The notes: generated by a model from the letters alone, not told the origin. Numbered from the stretch's first letter, positions 18,278 through 27,471 are shown. The stretch: DNA of 64,000 bases from Candidatus Thorarchaeota archaeon (GCA_048884965.1 JBHLQH010000015.1:1-64000), one strand, 5' to 3'. Numbers and translations are program-made.

Positions 18278-20026
18278 TTATTCGGGCTCAGAGGAATCCT
18301 CTTCTTTGTCTGACATTAAGGCAAATAACTCATCAAGGGCATCAAACTCATCATCATACTCTTCAGAAGCAGGGTCCTTTGGAATTGAAACGGGTTCATC
18401 AGGAGAACCGAGTATGTTCTCTAGTTCCTTGAGCGTTTCATCAGCGATTTTAGCATCTTCATCAAGCTCACCTTCAGATGATATGACCTCTTCACTTGAG
18501 AAAGCTTCTAACGCAACATCTAGCTCATCCTTGGAAACACGATCAATCTCTGCAGAAATTATATCGTCAGCATCTAGGGCTTCTGAAATCAAATCCTTGG
18601 CCATTCTATGTGAATCATCTGCTTCGGTTTCCACAGGTGATGGAAAGAACTCATCGATAAAGACAGTCATATCATCAGGATCTGCAAGGGATGTGCCCTC
18701 TGGGGGCCTCACTTCGACAATCTCTGAAGAAGTAGGGAGATCTTCCTCCTCCAGAGTCGCATCCATAATCGGAAGCTCATCCACATCTTCGATTTCGAGA
18801 GGCACCTCGCCCTCTTCAGAATCTTCTGCCTCAAGAGGGATCTCTTCCTCGAATTCGTCTATTGATTCTACGGTAGTATCGTCTGAGCCAACTTCCTCAA
18901 TCACGGAGGTTTCAGCAACATCAGGTTCTTCTTCGACTAGTGATGGCATATCTGTAGATTCTTCTTCGACCTCGACGATTTCCTCTACAATCTCATACTC
19001 ATAATCGTCACCCATTTCCTCTGCACTAATGATGTGTCCTTCTTCATCAACAAATACCTCTTCATACTCCTCCTCATCCTCAACTATTTCTTCAAAGTCT
19101 TTGTCAAGGTGCTGTTCACTCAAAGCAGCGGTGGCCTCATCAGTGAACCTGAGCAATTCTGAGGCAGGTAAATCGGGTAGCACGACTCCTACAAACTGAG
19201 CTGCGGCGGTCATAAGAATCCGTAGCATCTCGTCACGTCTTGATTTGTCAATAGCTACCATAGGATATGTTGGTATACCTAGGATTTTCTGCACTACCTC
19301 TGGACGCATCGCGTTAGGTTTGTCCTGCTTATTTGCCAGAGAAAAGACTGGAACTTTTGGCGCATCACGTTTGATGAGCTTGAGAATATCCTTGCTGATG
19401 ATTACGTTTCTGAGGGATGAGTCGCATACCAAGAAGATAACATCGGCTCCATGGAAATAGAACTTCCACAGATTTCGAAAACGTTCCTGTCCAGCAAAGT
19501 CCCATAGGACGAGAGAATAGTTACCAAACCGAATATTCTCTACAGTTTCCAGATTCAATGCGATTGTGGGCACGTACTGTAGCGGAGGTGTATCACCCAT
19601 TAGGAGATGAAGTGTCGTTGTCTTTCCAACACCACCTTCTCCAACCAATGCAATCTTCAATCGGGTAATGACCGATGGTTCGATAATCTGCTCATATTGC
19701 TGAGCGATATTGAGTATGTCTGATTTCACCAGTTTAGATCTTAGGCCTTTGATTGCAGCATCAAGGCGATCCGCAATTGCAGATTCATCTTCCCCTTTAT
19801 CAGTGACAAAAACCACAACCACATCTTGAGAGAGGTCCCGACCATGAAACTTGTCATCACCAACAATTAGAGGGAAATTAGCCAGAGAAACGTCTTCTGT
19901 TCTTAGCTCTTCCCTCGTTGTGATGAATTCCTCTATGTCTTTCTTCACAACTTCAACTGGCCAGTATTGTGTATGTGCTAGAATCTCAAGATTGGAGATT
20001 CGAACAAGATATGTATTATGAATCAC
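18278..20026 (-). CDS. Ras-superfamily GTPase with N-terminal longin-like domain and long acidic C-terminal tail
   Basis: GEGGVGKT, YVPTI, LWDFAGQERFR, NKQD; about 290 aa of D/E-rich low complexity. Confidence 0.88.
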   Translation of the reverse strand: MIHNTYLVRISNLEILAHTQYWPVEVVKKDIEEFITTREELRTEDVSLANFPLIVGDDKFHGRDLSQDVVVVFVTDKGEDESAIADRLDAAIKGLRSKLVKSDILNIAQQYEQIIEPSVITRLKIALVGEGGVGKTTTLHLLMGDTPPLQYVPTIALNLETVENIRFGNYSLVLWDFAGQERFRNLWKFYFHGADVIFLVCDSSLRNVIISKDILKLIKRDAPKVPVFSLANKQDKPNAMRPEVVQKILGIPTYPMVAIDKSRRDEMLRILMTAAAQFVGVVLPDLPASELLRFTDEATAALSEQHLDKDFEEIVEDEEEYEEVFVDEEGHIISAEEMGDDYEYEIVEEIVEVEEESTDMPSLVEEEPDVAETSVIEEVGSDDTTVESIDEFEEEIPLEAEDSEEGEVPLEIEDVDELPIMDATLEEEDLPTSSEIVEVRPPEGTSLADPDDMTVFIDEFFPSPVETEADDSHRMAKDLISEALDADDIISAEIDRVSKDELDVALEAFSSEEVISSEGELDEDAKIADETLKELENILGSPDEPVSIPKDPASEEYDDEFDALDELFALMSDKEEDSSEPE

Positions 20027-20150
20027 GGTTTGTCACCAGTTTCCTTCATACGAAGTTGCTTGTCCCCGGTCACTCTAAGGAAGTGAAGAAACTCCTTATG
20101 AGATAATCTTGTGTATTATATAGGAAAGAGAGAAGTTCGATTCTATAAAA

Positions 20151-20347
20151 GAGATGTTGGGAAACGGAACCACCTAAGTGGCCCCGCATCCGTGGATTGC
20201 CTTCGTCTTGAGCGCATGGAAGAAATCAATTATGCGCAAGTTGGGAATTACTTCCCGGGGACCAATGCGTAGAAACTCTTTAGGGACCGTAAACCGTGTG
20301 TGTTGCGAATGCGAGTTCCTATGACGGGGGATCCATGTACTCAACAC
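20151..20347. ncRNA. Candidate structured RNA (unknown family)
   Basis: Terminal helix 20155-61/20340-46 enclosing at least four nested helices; no credible CDS. Confidence 0.45.
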
Positions 20348-20462
20348 AGTCGGCAAGAATGAAGGAGTTTTTCCACATATGAACCTTCCTAGTTTGCAAA
20401 ATAACGAAAGGAACCACTATAAACTGGAATAAGTTCGACAAGACCAATGCGATCTGATGCAA

Positions 20463-21623
20463 TTATCTTGGAAAATTGTCGCGTAGTAAACGTAGGTGTT
20501 GATGAACCATTTCCATGAGTCGAGAATCATCAGGAGTCTTTTCTAACTCGGTCACAAGTGTGCTGAGAAAATACTCAGGGAAGAATAGCCGTACTCGAAT
20601 ATCATTAAGAAGGAATAACCACTTGTCATACTCACCAGAGGCACCCTTCCGTCGTTTCTCTGAAACGATTCGGAATTTCTTCAAAAGTTGAATTGCTTGC
20701 TTGAGTTCTTTTGGCGGGATACCAAGTGTAGCTTCGAGCTCAGAGATGTTTGTTGGTTGGCGTCGAAGCACACTAAGAGTGTCATACGCATCCGGATCGG
20801 CAAGGATTTCTGCAACCGCAACCGTATCTTCAGGTGTCTTTTGCCATTCGGTTAGAAACTCAAGGACTTCGGTCTTGTACTCTGCAGTAAGCTCAGGATC
20901 AAGAACAGATGCCGCGGATTCCATAGAAACCAATGGGGGTGCTCTGAATATCTCAAGATCCTTGATCATAAAAACACAGGTCCTTCCGATTTCATCAACC
21001 CATTCTGTCTTAACTAGACCCAGCTCTTCAAAAGGAGCAAGAATTGAATCGACACTAACACTTGGGAGTCCTGTTACCATCTTCAGCCATTCTTCAAGGT
21101 CCTCCTTCGTGATGCCACCTTTCCAGAGTTTTGGAAAGACTGCTCTAGACACCTCATCAGAGAATAGACGAGCAAGTCGAGACTCATCTGTCATTCCAGC
21201 AAGGCGGATGATTCTCCGATAGGTATTGTCAAGTTCTGTTTGCAACTCAGCATCAGTCATTGAAACTACTGCATTCGTAATCGGAGATACGACAGAGGTG
21301 ATCGCAGCTTCGTAAGTCTTGGCATCCTCAGATGGAGTGAGAAGAAGAGAGATACAATATTGCTCTTCCTCACGAACGATCCCTGTGTAGTAGGAGGCGA
21401 CATTATACTCCTCCCCACCAATCCTAACACTCAAGGACGAGAATCCGGCTGTCGCATCACCCATTGCGTGTGATGTGAATATTCTCATTATTTCCGTGTT
21501 CAAGTCCTCACGGTAATAATCTGCAAAATCATTAGGTACCTTTGCTTTTAGAACGGCACCAATTTTTGAGTCCCAGTCGATTAGTAGCATTGCGACAGGC
21601 ATTTTCCATTTCTCCGGTCCCAT
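20463..21623 (-). CDS. uDENN/longin-like domain protein with C-terminal winged-helix domains
   Basis: LLIDWDSKIGAVLKAKVP resembles the uDENN F(D/H)xxxGP start; NISELEATLGIPPKELKQAIQLLKKFRIV is wHTH-like. Confidence 0.6.
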   Translation of the reverse strand: MGPEKWKMPVAMLLIDWDSKIGAVLKAKVPNDFADYYREDLNTEIMRIFTSHAMGDATAGFSSLSVRIGGEEYNVASYYTGIVREEEQYCISLLLTPSEDAKTYEAAITSVVSPITNAVVSMTDAELQTELDNTYRRIIRLAGMTDESRLARLFSDEVSRAVFPKLWKGGITKEDLEEWLKMVTGLPSVSVDSILAPFEELGLVKTEWVDEIGRTCVFMIKDLEIFRAPPLVSMESAASVLDPELTAEYKTEVLEFLTEWQKTPEDTVAVAEILADPDAYDTLSVLRRQPTNISELEATLGIPPKELKQAIQLLKKFRIVSEKRRKGASGEYDKWLFLLNDIRVRLFFPEYFLSTLVTELEKTPDDSRLMEMVHQHLRLLRDNFPR

Positions 21624-21737
21624 CTAATTGGCTTGCGAGGAGCTATTCAATGATACGGTTCTATTAGTGCGCCTAAAAAAGCTTGTCACTAGCCAATTCG
21701 CTTTTCAGTGGATGAGTACTGAAAATCGTTACCACGG

Positions 21738-22397
21738 TTACTTTTCCGTTTCTTGCTTTTCTAGTATATATGTGTGTATGGTTTTGTACACAAATTCCAC
21801 TACTTGTTCCAGGTCCTGCTTGGCATCAACAACCACATAATTCCCAAGGTCCTGCTCAGACATTTCAAGATAAGCAGCTCGAACCAGGACCAATCGCTCA
21901 TATTGCTCAAATTGCTCATTCTTCTCTGCCCTGCTTCCGAATACTCTTGAGAGACCTTCATCTGCAGAGATGTCTAGAATGAAAATGATATCAGGTTCCG
22001 GGGCATCGATATCTTCTCGATTCTTGCGAAGTATTTCTTGCCAAGGAAGTCCAGTGCTTGTACATTGATAGGCACCTGTAGCGAAGAAGTATCGATCCAT
22101 AAGAACCACTTTTCCGGATTCTAGGGCAGGCAGGATACGATTTTGAATGTGCCAATGACGGTCCTTGATGAACAGATCCAGCTCCTCAGCTGGAGAAAGC
22201 TCACCTCGCGGAGATCTTTCTCTAATCTCTCGCCCCCAAGGACTTTCACTAGTTGGCTCTCGCAATCTGACAACATCAAAGGATTGCTGCATCAAGAGAA
22301 CTTCTACGAGGTCACATACTGTGGTCTTCCCAGCACCATCGATTCCCTCAAGAACGAAAAGATACCCTGGATGTAGCCTTGTGCCTTCTATGTTCAA
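21738..22397 (-). CDS. tmk: Thymidylate kinase
   Basis: EGIDGAGKTT, REP, DR..H, MDRY, PD..FILD. Confidence 0.95.
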   Translation of the reverse strand: MNIEGTRLHPGYLFVLEGIDGAGKTTVCDLVEVLLMQQSFDVVRLREPTSESPWGREIRERSPRGELSPAEELDLFIKDRHWHIQNRILPALESGKVVLMDRYFFATGAYQCTSTGLPWQEILRKNREDIDAPEPDIIFILDISADEGLSRVFGSRAEKNEQFEQYERLVLVRAAYLEMSEQDLGNYVVVDAKQDLEQVVEFVYKTIHTYILEKQETEK

Positions 22398-22540
22398 TTA
22401 GATAGGTCTCCTCAAAGATAGGATAGATGAATCTCAAGTGACTATGTTTTAGATGCTTCGGTGCTCTTGGATGCATTTGAAGCGTGAGAATAAGACTCGG
22501 ATAAACCTCTTATACTCTTACACATCCGTAAGAAATGCGT

Positions 22541-22738
22541 CAGGGGAACTTTGGACGTGGGACAAGAATGGGAGATGGAATCAATTCGATTCTAGGGTGA
22601 ATATTCGACCGGATACATCCCATGTTTGAAAAGACTGCGAAAGCGATAAAAAGATCGCATTTCGTCATACCCGTTTTTGGGTCTAAGGTCCCCTTGCAGA
22701 GTTCTCGTATCCGGTCGATTCACAAATCACCTTCTTTT
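22541..22738 (+). ncRNA. Candidate riboswitch-like or pseudoknotted structured RNA
   Basis: P1 22541-56/22681-96; P2 22553-62/22618-27; hairpins 22638-64 and 22669-82; perfect 12-bp crossing helix 22605-16/22707-18; G-U pairs favour + strand. Confidence 0.55.
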
Positions 22739-22773
22739 ACAGCGGCGGGAAGAGTTATATTCCCATTTGATTC

Positions 22774-22813
22774 GTAGGACAACATATCCTAGAGTAGGAT
22801 AACATATCCTAGA
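22774..22813. promoter_or_regulatory. Two tandem 17-bp palindromic operators (TAGGAYAACATATCCTA, 20-bp period)
   Basis: gtaggacaacatatcctaga-gtaggataacatatcctaga, between a TATA-like TTATAT (22755-60) and the RBS GAGGTGA. Confidence 0.75.
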
Positions 22814-22828
22814 AGAGAGGTGAATTAG

Positions 22829-23365
22829 ATGCGTTGGAAGATTTCGATTCTTGTAATCCTTCTAGTCATTTCAAGCATCCCAATCAGTAGCGGGATAGAG
22901 GAAGGTACACATGAACGAGCGTACTTCAACCTCTCTGATACAGTGAATCTTGAAATCGATTTTGGAAATGGGACTGTTACTCAATTCACTGACGCGAACG
23001 GAACGAATGTGCTAGAAGCCACTGAATCAAAGGTGAATGTTGTCGTAGAATGGTATGGCAACCTTGCATACGTTGTGGAGATAGCTGGTGTCCATAATGA
23101 TGGTATAGCAGGACTCTATTGGCAATACTGGATCAATGGGGATAGAGCACCGTTTGCGGCAAATCAAATGGATGTTAAATCCAATGATTCAATAGAATGG
23201 AAACGAGTCCCTTCTACATTTACCGACACAGACACCACTGTTACAACACAAATCGATACTGATTTGATTCTGGGGTCTCTCATTACAGTAGTTTTGGGTC
23301 CAGGATTTCTAGGATTTCTATACGTAATTAAGATTAGGAGATCGATTGATGAAGAACATAGTTAG
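22829..23365 (+). CDS. DUF4430-like (transcobalamin C-terminal-like) membrane-anchored solute-binding protein
   Basis: Signal peptide, IDFGNG, YVVEIAGV, YWQYWING...A, D.IEW, C-terminal TM. Confidence 0.8.
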   Translation: MRWKISILVILLVISSIPISSGIEEGTHERAYFNLSDTVNLEIDFGNGTVTQFTDANGTNVLEATESKVNVVVEWYGNLAYVVEIAGVHNDGIAGLYWQYWINGDRAPFAANQMDVKSNDSIEWKRVPSTFTDTDTTVTTQIDTDLILGSLITVVLGPGFLGFLYVIKIRRSIDEEHS

Positions 23366-24092
23366 GATTTTACCAATTTTGATACTGCTAATTCTGGTTA
23401 TACCAGCTAATGCCGCAGGGAATTATAGTAGCATACTTGACCCGACACCGTTTGGAAATACAACAATCAGCTGGCGTATTGTTGATGCTCCTGATGTGCC
23501 ATTCAGTTTCTACTGGGCAGGAACGGAGATCTGGTTAGCTGAGCCAGAAAGCTTGATGTCATTCACAATTCAAGAGGTGAGTAATGACATTCTTGGCGAA
23601 CTAATTCTCGGGAATGCCACTCTGATAGGAAATGATACAGATATTGCTAAAGACCTGACTTTAGGAATATGGGGGATTACTGAGTTCCATCCAGGATTGA
23701 TTATCGAGATTTCAGATTCAAAAATAAATGAGCTTAATCAGACAGCTTTTGCTTCAGCAGAACGAGTTTCAGGAAACTACCTTAATGGTACCATTGATTC
23801 CTCATATGAAGAGATTACTATCTTTGGGTTGCCATACAGTTGCATCACGTTCACCTATGTACAAGACGATTCGGGATTTGGGAGTCCTCAGAGAACATAT
23901 CTAGCTTATGATGTAAACACAGGAGTCCTTGTCCAGGCAAATACGACCTACACATTTACAACTCCATATTCATTGGTACTGGAACTGAATGATGTTGTTA
24001 CACCTTTAGCCATCGGACCAATGATATTGGTTGGCTCTGGATTTGCTGTCATAGCTGTGATCCTAGTACTTCGGTCAAAGATGAATCGGTGA
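23346..24092 (+). CDS. Secreted, C-terminally anchored hypothetical protein
   Basis: Signal peptide, several NxS/T sequons, YDVNTGVL, C-terminal TM followed by basic residues. Confidence 0.75.
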   Translation: MMKNIVRILPILILLILVIPANAAGNYSSILDPTPFGNTTISWRIVDAPDVPFSFYWAGTEIWLAEPESLMSFTIQEVSNDILGELILGNATLIGNDTDIAKDLTLGIWGITEFHPGLIIEISDSKINELNQTAFASAERVSGNYLNGTIDSSYEEITIFGLPYSCITFTYVQDDSGFGSPQRTYLAYDVNTGVLVQANTTYTFTTPYSLVLELNDVVTPLAIGPMILVGSGFAVIAVILVLRSKMNR

Positions 24093-24093
24093 G

Positions 24094-24696
24094 GTGCATC
24101 GTATGCCAACGCGCCTAGCTAATATTGGAATGGACCGAACACGTTGGGTTTCCATAACGTCCATAATGACTGCATTGACGTTAGTAGGCAACTATATCGT
24201 CGTTTCTATTCCTAGTGTTGAACTCGGCACCACAGTCCTTTTCGTTACGGCATACGTTTTCGGATACATGATGGCATTATGGGTGACTCTCATAATGTCA
24301 ATCATCTATGGCACAATAAATCCATGGGGAGGATTCATTCCTCAAATATGGCTGTCACAAGTTATCGGATGGTTGTATGTAGTTGCAGCGGGAGCAATAG
24401 CAGGAAATGGAGAGGATAAAAGAACTGCATTTGGGTCGAAGGAGCTAGGTATAATCGGAATCGCAGTGACCATCTTCTTTGATGTGGTGACAACAATCGG
24501 TTACTCAATCACCTTTGCAGTCCCATTCATCTTGGGATTGATAGGATTGATCCCTTTCATGGTCGTCCATGTCATTTCCAATGCGATACTGTTTGCAACG
24601 GTGGCACCAAGACTCCAGAAGACGATAAGAGAAGTATTCTCCTCAATAATCGCTTCCAAGAAGGATGAGGTATTACTGTTAGAGGGAGAAGGATAA
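24094..24696 (+). CDS. ECF transporter S-component (CbrT-like)
   Basis: About 6 TM helices, IPSVEL..VLF...VFG, HVISNAILF; next to DUF4430-like gene. Confidence 0.75.
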   Translation: MHRMPTRLANIGMDRTRWVSITSIMTALTLVGNYIVVSIPSVELGTTVLFVTAYVFGYMMALWVTLIMSIIYGTINPWGGFIPQIWLSQVIGWLYVVAAGAIAGNGEDKRTAFGSKELGIIGIAVTIFFDVVTTIGYSITFAVPFILGLIGLIPFMVVHVISNAILFATVAPRLQKTIREVFSSIIASKKDEVLLLEGEG

Positions 24697-24715
24697 AAGA
24701 GAACAAAGAATACTC

Positions 24716-25372
24716 ATGGAAGGAGCTTGTGATAGTTTGTCGTGGCAAAAAGAGATTCGTCATATCGCTCAGCCTGCAGATGGAAGAGTTGCGCCAACAT
24801 TCGGTCCACACCATGTAGCAGTTGCGATCACCATGATAGGAAGGGAACAACCCCTTGGCCGATATGAACTCTGTGAGAGGATGTCTATGGGGGAAGGTAG
24901 TGCTCGAACCCTTCTCAAACGACTCAGAGAATCCAATTACATCATGGCGGAAGGCAAGCAAGGTCAGAAGCTCACTGAGAAGGGGTTGTCTCTTTTCAAT
25001 AGGATTACCGCAGACGTGCCAATTGGTTTGTCCTTGATATTGGGCGATTTAGTGGTTCATGAGTTTTCGTTTGCTCACTTGGTACGGAGAAAGGCAGCAA
25101 GGGTGACTGATGGAATTCGACAGCGGGATGAGGCTATCATTCAAGGAGGATCGGGAAGAGCTGGAGCGACTACATTGATACAGAAGAACGGATTACTTCT
25201 TATGCCGCCAGATGGATTCAATATTCTTCTCGAATATGAAGATGAAGCCCTACTTATTGCAGAGAGCTTGAGAGTAGAAGATGATGATGTTGTAGTCATA
25301 GGATCAGCTGATGATGCGAACCTAGCTAGAGAGGTCTCAATGGCTGCAGTTATGACTTTATTCGAGGACTGA
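24716..25372 (+). CDS. wHTH protein with DUF4443-like C-terminal domain (putative regulator)
   Basis: PLGRYELCERMSMGEGSARTLLKRL; GIRQRDEAI..G..GATTL. Confidence 0.8.
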   Translation: MEGACDSLSWQKEIRHIAQPADGRVAPTFGPHHVAVAITMIGREQPLGRYELCERMSMGEGSARTLLKRLRESNYIMAEGKQGQKLTEKGLSLFNRITADVPIGLSLILGDLVVHEFSFAHLVRRKAARVTDGIRQRDEAIIQGGSGRAGATTLIQKNGLLLMPPDGFNILLEYEDEALLIAESLRVEDDDVVVIGSADDANLAREVSMAAVMTLFED

Positions 25373-25374
25373 GA

Positions 25375-26193
25375 ATGCAGAGTGACTTATTCGGAAATGT
25401 TCCACAGATAGTCATCGATGTTCATGAAACAGGTGGAAAGGGGATGAATGCTGTCAAGCATTTGATGAGTATGCTTGACAAGGAAGGAGTGCAATACACG
25501 GTTCAGAAGATCCCCATTGGAGACATACTAGGACCAGAGGGAGTCGCAATAGAACGAAAGACAGTCAATGATTTTGTGAACACTCTCAAAGGAAGCGCGT
25601 CTGGTGTTCCCCGGTTGACAAAGCAATTGGAAGCACTTGAGGAATACGAGCGACCCTATATCTTGATAGAGAACATTCTTTCGATCAGGAGAGATCCAAT
25701 GAAGGGGTGTATCTATATCCCATTTTCGACCAAGAAGACAAAGAACAAGCCATACTTTGTTACTATGGAACGTGTTAGCTTTATACATCCTAGTTCTCTG
25801 GATGCATTGATTGAGAGTATCAAGGATAGGGGTATAGAAGTTCTAGAAGGGTATAACGCCCTGCATTCTGCAGGTCTCATCTATGGAGTTCTAGCCGGTG
25901 GCGAGTCCATCAAGAAATCTGGTCAGAGGCTCCCAGTGATCAGGACAAGAAAGGGATTAGATACGCAGAATGATGAACAGGAATTCTTCATCGCAGGATT
26001 TCCTCAGGTCAACGTTGTGAGAGCTAGAGTTTTGCTTGAGAAATATGGCTCTCCAATCGAGGCTATTAGGAATGTTGATGAATGGGGAGATGTCCCAGGC
26101 ATAGGTCCAAAGACAGTAGCGTCTGCCAAGAAACTCCTCTTTTCAGACTATCACCTTGAAGAGAAGGGGAATGAGGAACAAAATGAAGAATAA
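25375..26193 (+). CDS. xpf: ERCC4/XPF-family nuclease with (HhH)2, short form
   Basis: IDVHE, GD, IERKTVNDF, RL..Q, VPGIGPK. Confidence 0.85.
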   Translation: MQSDLFGNVPQIVIDVHETGGKGMNAVKHLMSMLDKEGVQYTVQKIPIGDILGPEGVAIERKTVNDFVNTLKGSASGVPRLTKQLEALEEYERPYILIENILSIRRDPMKGCIYIPFSTKKTKNKPYFVTMERVSFIHPSSLDALIESIKDRGIEVLEGYNALHSAGLIYGVLAGGESIKKSGQRLPVIRTRKGLDTQNDEQEFFIAGFPQVNVVRARVLLEKYGSPIEAIRNVDEWGDVPGIGPKTVASAKKLLFSDYHLEEKGNEEQNEE

Positions 26194-26264
26194 AGCACTA
26201 CCGCGATATTTTTAAAAGCTCAAGTATTCTCTGGTCATATAATAGTTGAAAAGGTGACTAAAGT

Positions 26265-27353
26265 ATGGGAGACGTACGCATAGCAATAGCAGGTCTCGGA
26301 AACTGCGCATCTGCATTGATCCAAGGCACTCATTATTATCGAGATGCCAAGGCAGAGGATGAAGTTCCAGGCCTCATGCATGTTGATTTTGGTGGTTATT
26401 ATCCAAAGGACCTCAAATTCGTTGCAGCTTTTGAGGTGAATAAGAAGAAAATTGGTCTAGATATCGCAGACGCCATGTGGGTCGAACCGAACTGCTGTGT
26501 GAAATTCGCCCCAGATGTTCCAAAGACCGGAGTGAAAGTCCTCCCAGGCCCTATATCCGATGGTGTTGCCCCTCATATGCGAGAGTCATTCTTCACATAT
26601 GATGAGAACGAGATTGAACCTGTTGACATTGCGGAGGAACTCAAGAAGTCAAAAGCAGATATGCTCGTATCATATCTTCCAGTTGGTAGCGCGGAAGCAT
26701 CACGAATATACGCGGATGCAGCCATTGAAGCTGAAGTCGGATTCATCAATGCATTTCCAGAGTTCATTGTTTCAGATCCGAACAGTCCTCATGCACAAGC
26801 TTTCGAGAAGAAAGGCATCCCTGCAGCTGGAGACGATATCAAGAGTCAGCTAGGCGCAACCATTTTGCATCGCGTTCTTGCGCAGCTTTTTGACAAACGC
26901 GGATTGATTCTACAGAACACCTATCAGTTGAACATCGGCGGAAATACAGACTTTGAGAACATGCAAGTCGAGAATCGTCTTGCCTCAAAAAGAATTAGCA
27001 AGACAGAAGCAGTAACCAGCTGCGTTTCCTACGAGCTGCCTACAAAGATTGGTCCTAGTGATTATGTTCCATTCCTTGAAGACAATAAAGTATGCTACAT
27101 CACTATGAGATCAAAGGCATTTGGGGATCTACCGATTGACCTTGACCTAAAACTATCTGTGCAAGATTCCCCCAACAGCGGTGGAGTCATCATTGACGTT
27201 GCCCGAGCAGTAAAAATTGCACTGGACCGTGGTGTAGGCGGTGAATTATCCAGTATCAGCTCATACAGCTTCAAACATCCACGTTACCAAATTGATGATT
27301 TCGAAGCCCGAAAGAGGGTCGACGAGTTCATCGAAGGCAAGCGTGAAAGATAA
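26265..27353 (+). CDS. ino1: Myo-inositol-1-phosphate synthase
   Basis: GLGNCASALIQG, YLPVGS, GDDIKSQLGAT, QLNIGGNTDF, DSPNS. Confidence 0.96.
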   Translation: MGDVRIAIAGLGNCASALIQGTHYYRDAKAEDEVPGLMHVDFGGYYPKDLKFVAAFEVNKKKIGLDIADAMWVEPNCCVKFAPDVPKTGVKVLPGPISDGVAPHMRESFFTYDENEIEPVDIAEELKKSKADMLVSYLPVGSAEASRIYADAAIEAEVGFINAFPEFIVSDPNSPHAQAFEKKGIPAAGDDIKSQLGATILHRVLAQLFDKRGLILQNTYQLNIGGNTDFENMQVENRLASKRISKTEAVTSCVSYELPTKIGPSDYVPFLEDNKVCYITMRSKAFGDLPIDLDLKLSVQDSPNSGGVIIDVARAVKIALDRGVGGELSSISSYSFKHPRYQIDDFEARKRVDEFIEGKRER

Positions 27354-27471
27354 ACAAGAGAGAACGAGTCAAATTGCCATTGGCTGTGACTCGTTTTACT
27401 TTTAGTTCAAAAAGAGAAGCAACACGCCAATACAATGACTTGATTGGCGTGCATATCTATAGAATGCAGCT

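Noticed and set aside
18306-19004. 232-aa Ser-rich plus-strand ORF
   Set aside because: Antisense shadow of the Glu/Asp-rich GTPase tail; the same applies to most short overlapping ORFs in the track.
20151-20347. RNase P RNA, SRP RNA or tRNA
   Set aside because: No GAGGAA-N-UCC/ACAGAA P4 motifs, no SRP helix 8 motif, and no T-loop or cloverleaf on either strand.
22541-22770. Canonical cobalamin riboswitch
   Set aside because: Context fits, but the ordered consensus (AGGGAA..GGUG..AAUCC..GCCCCCGCAACUGU..GCCACUG..AGACCUGCC) is absent; only scattered partial matches.
22535-22777. 80-codon frame ATG 22535 - in-frame TGA 22598 - TAG 22775 as a second selenoprotein
   Set aside because: No CxxU/UxxC context, no recognisable fold and no RBS. 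An open stretch of this length can arise by chance, and RNA pairing explains the region better. Codon-level conservation in relatives would revive it.
22774-22813. CRISPR mini-array
   Set aside because: Two abutting 20-bp units with no spacer, and no cas genes in the window.
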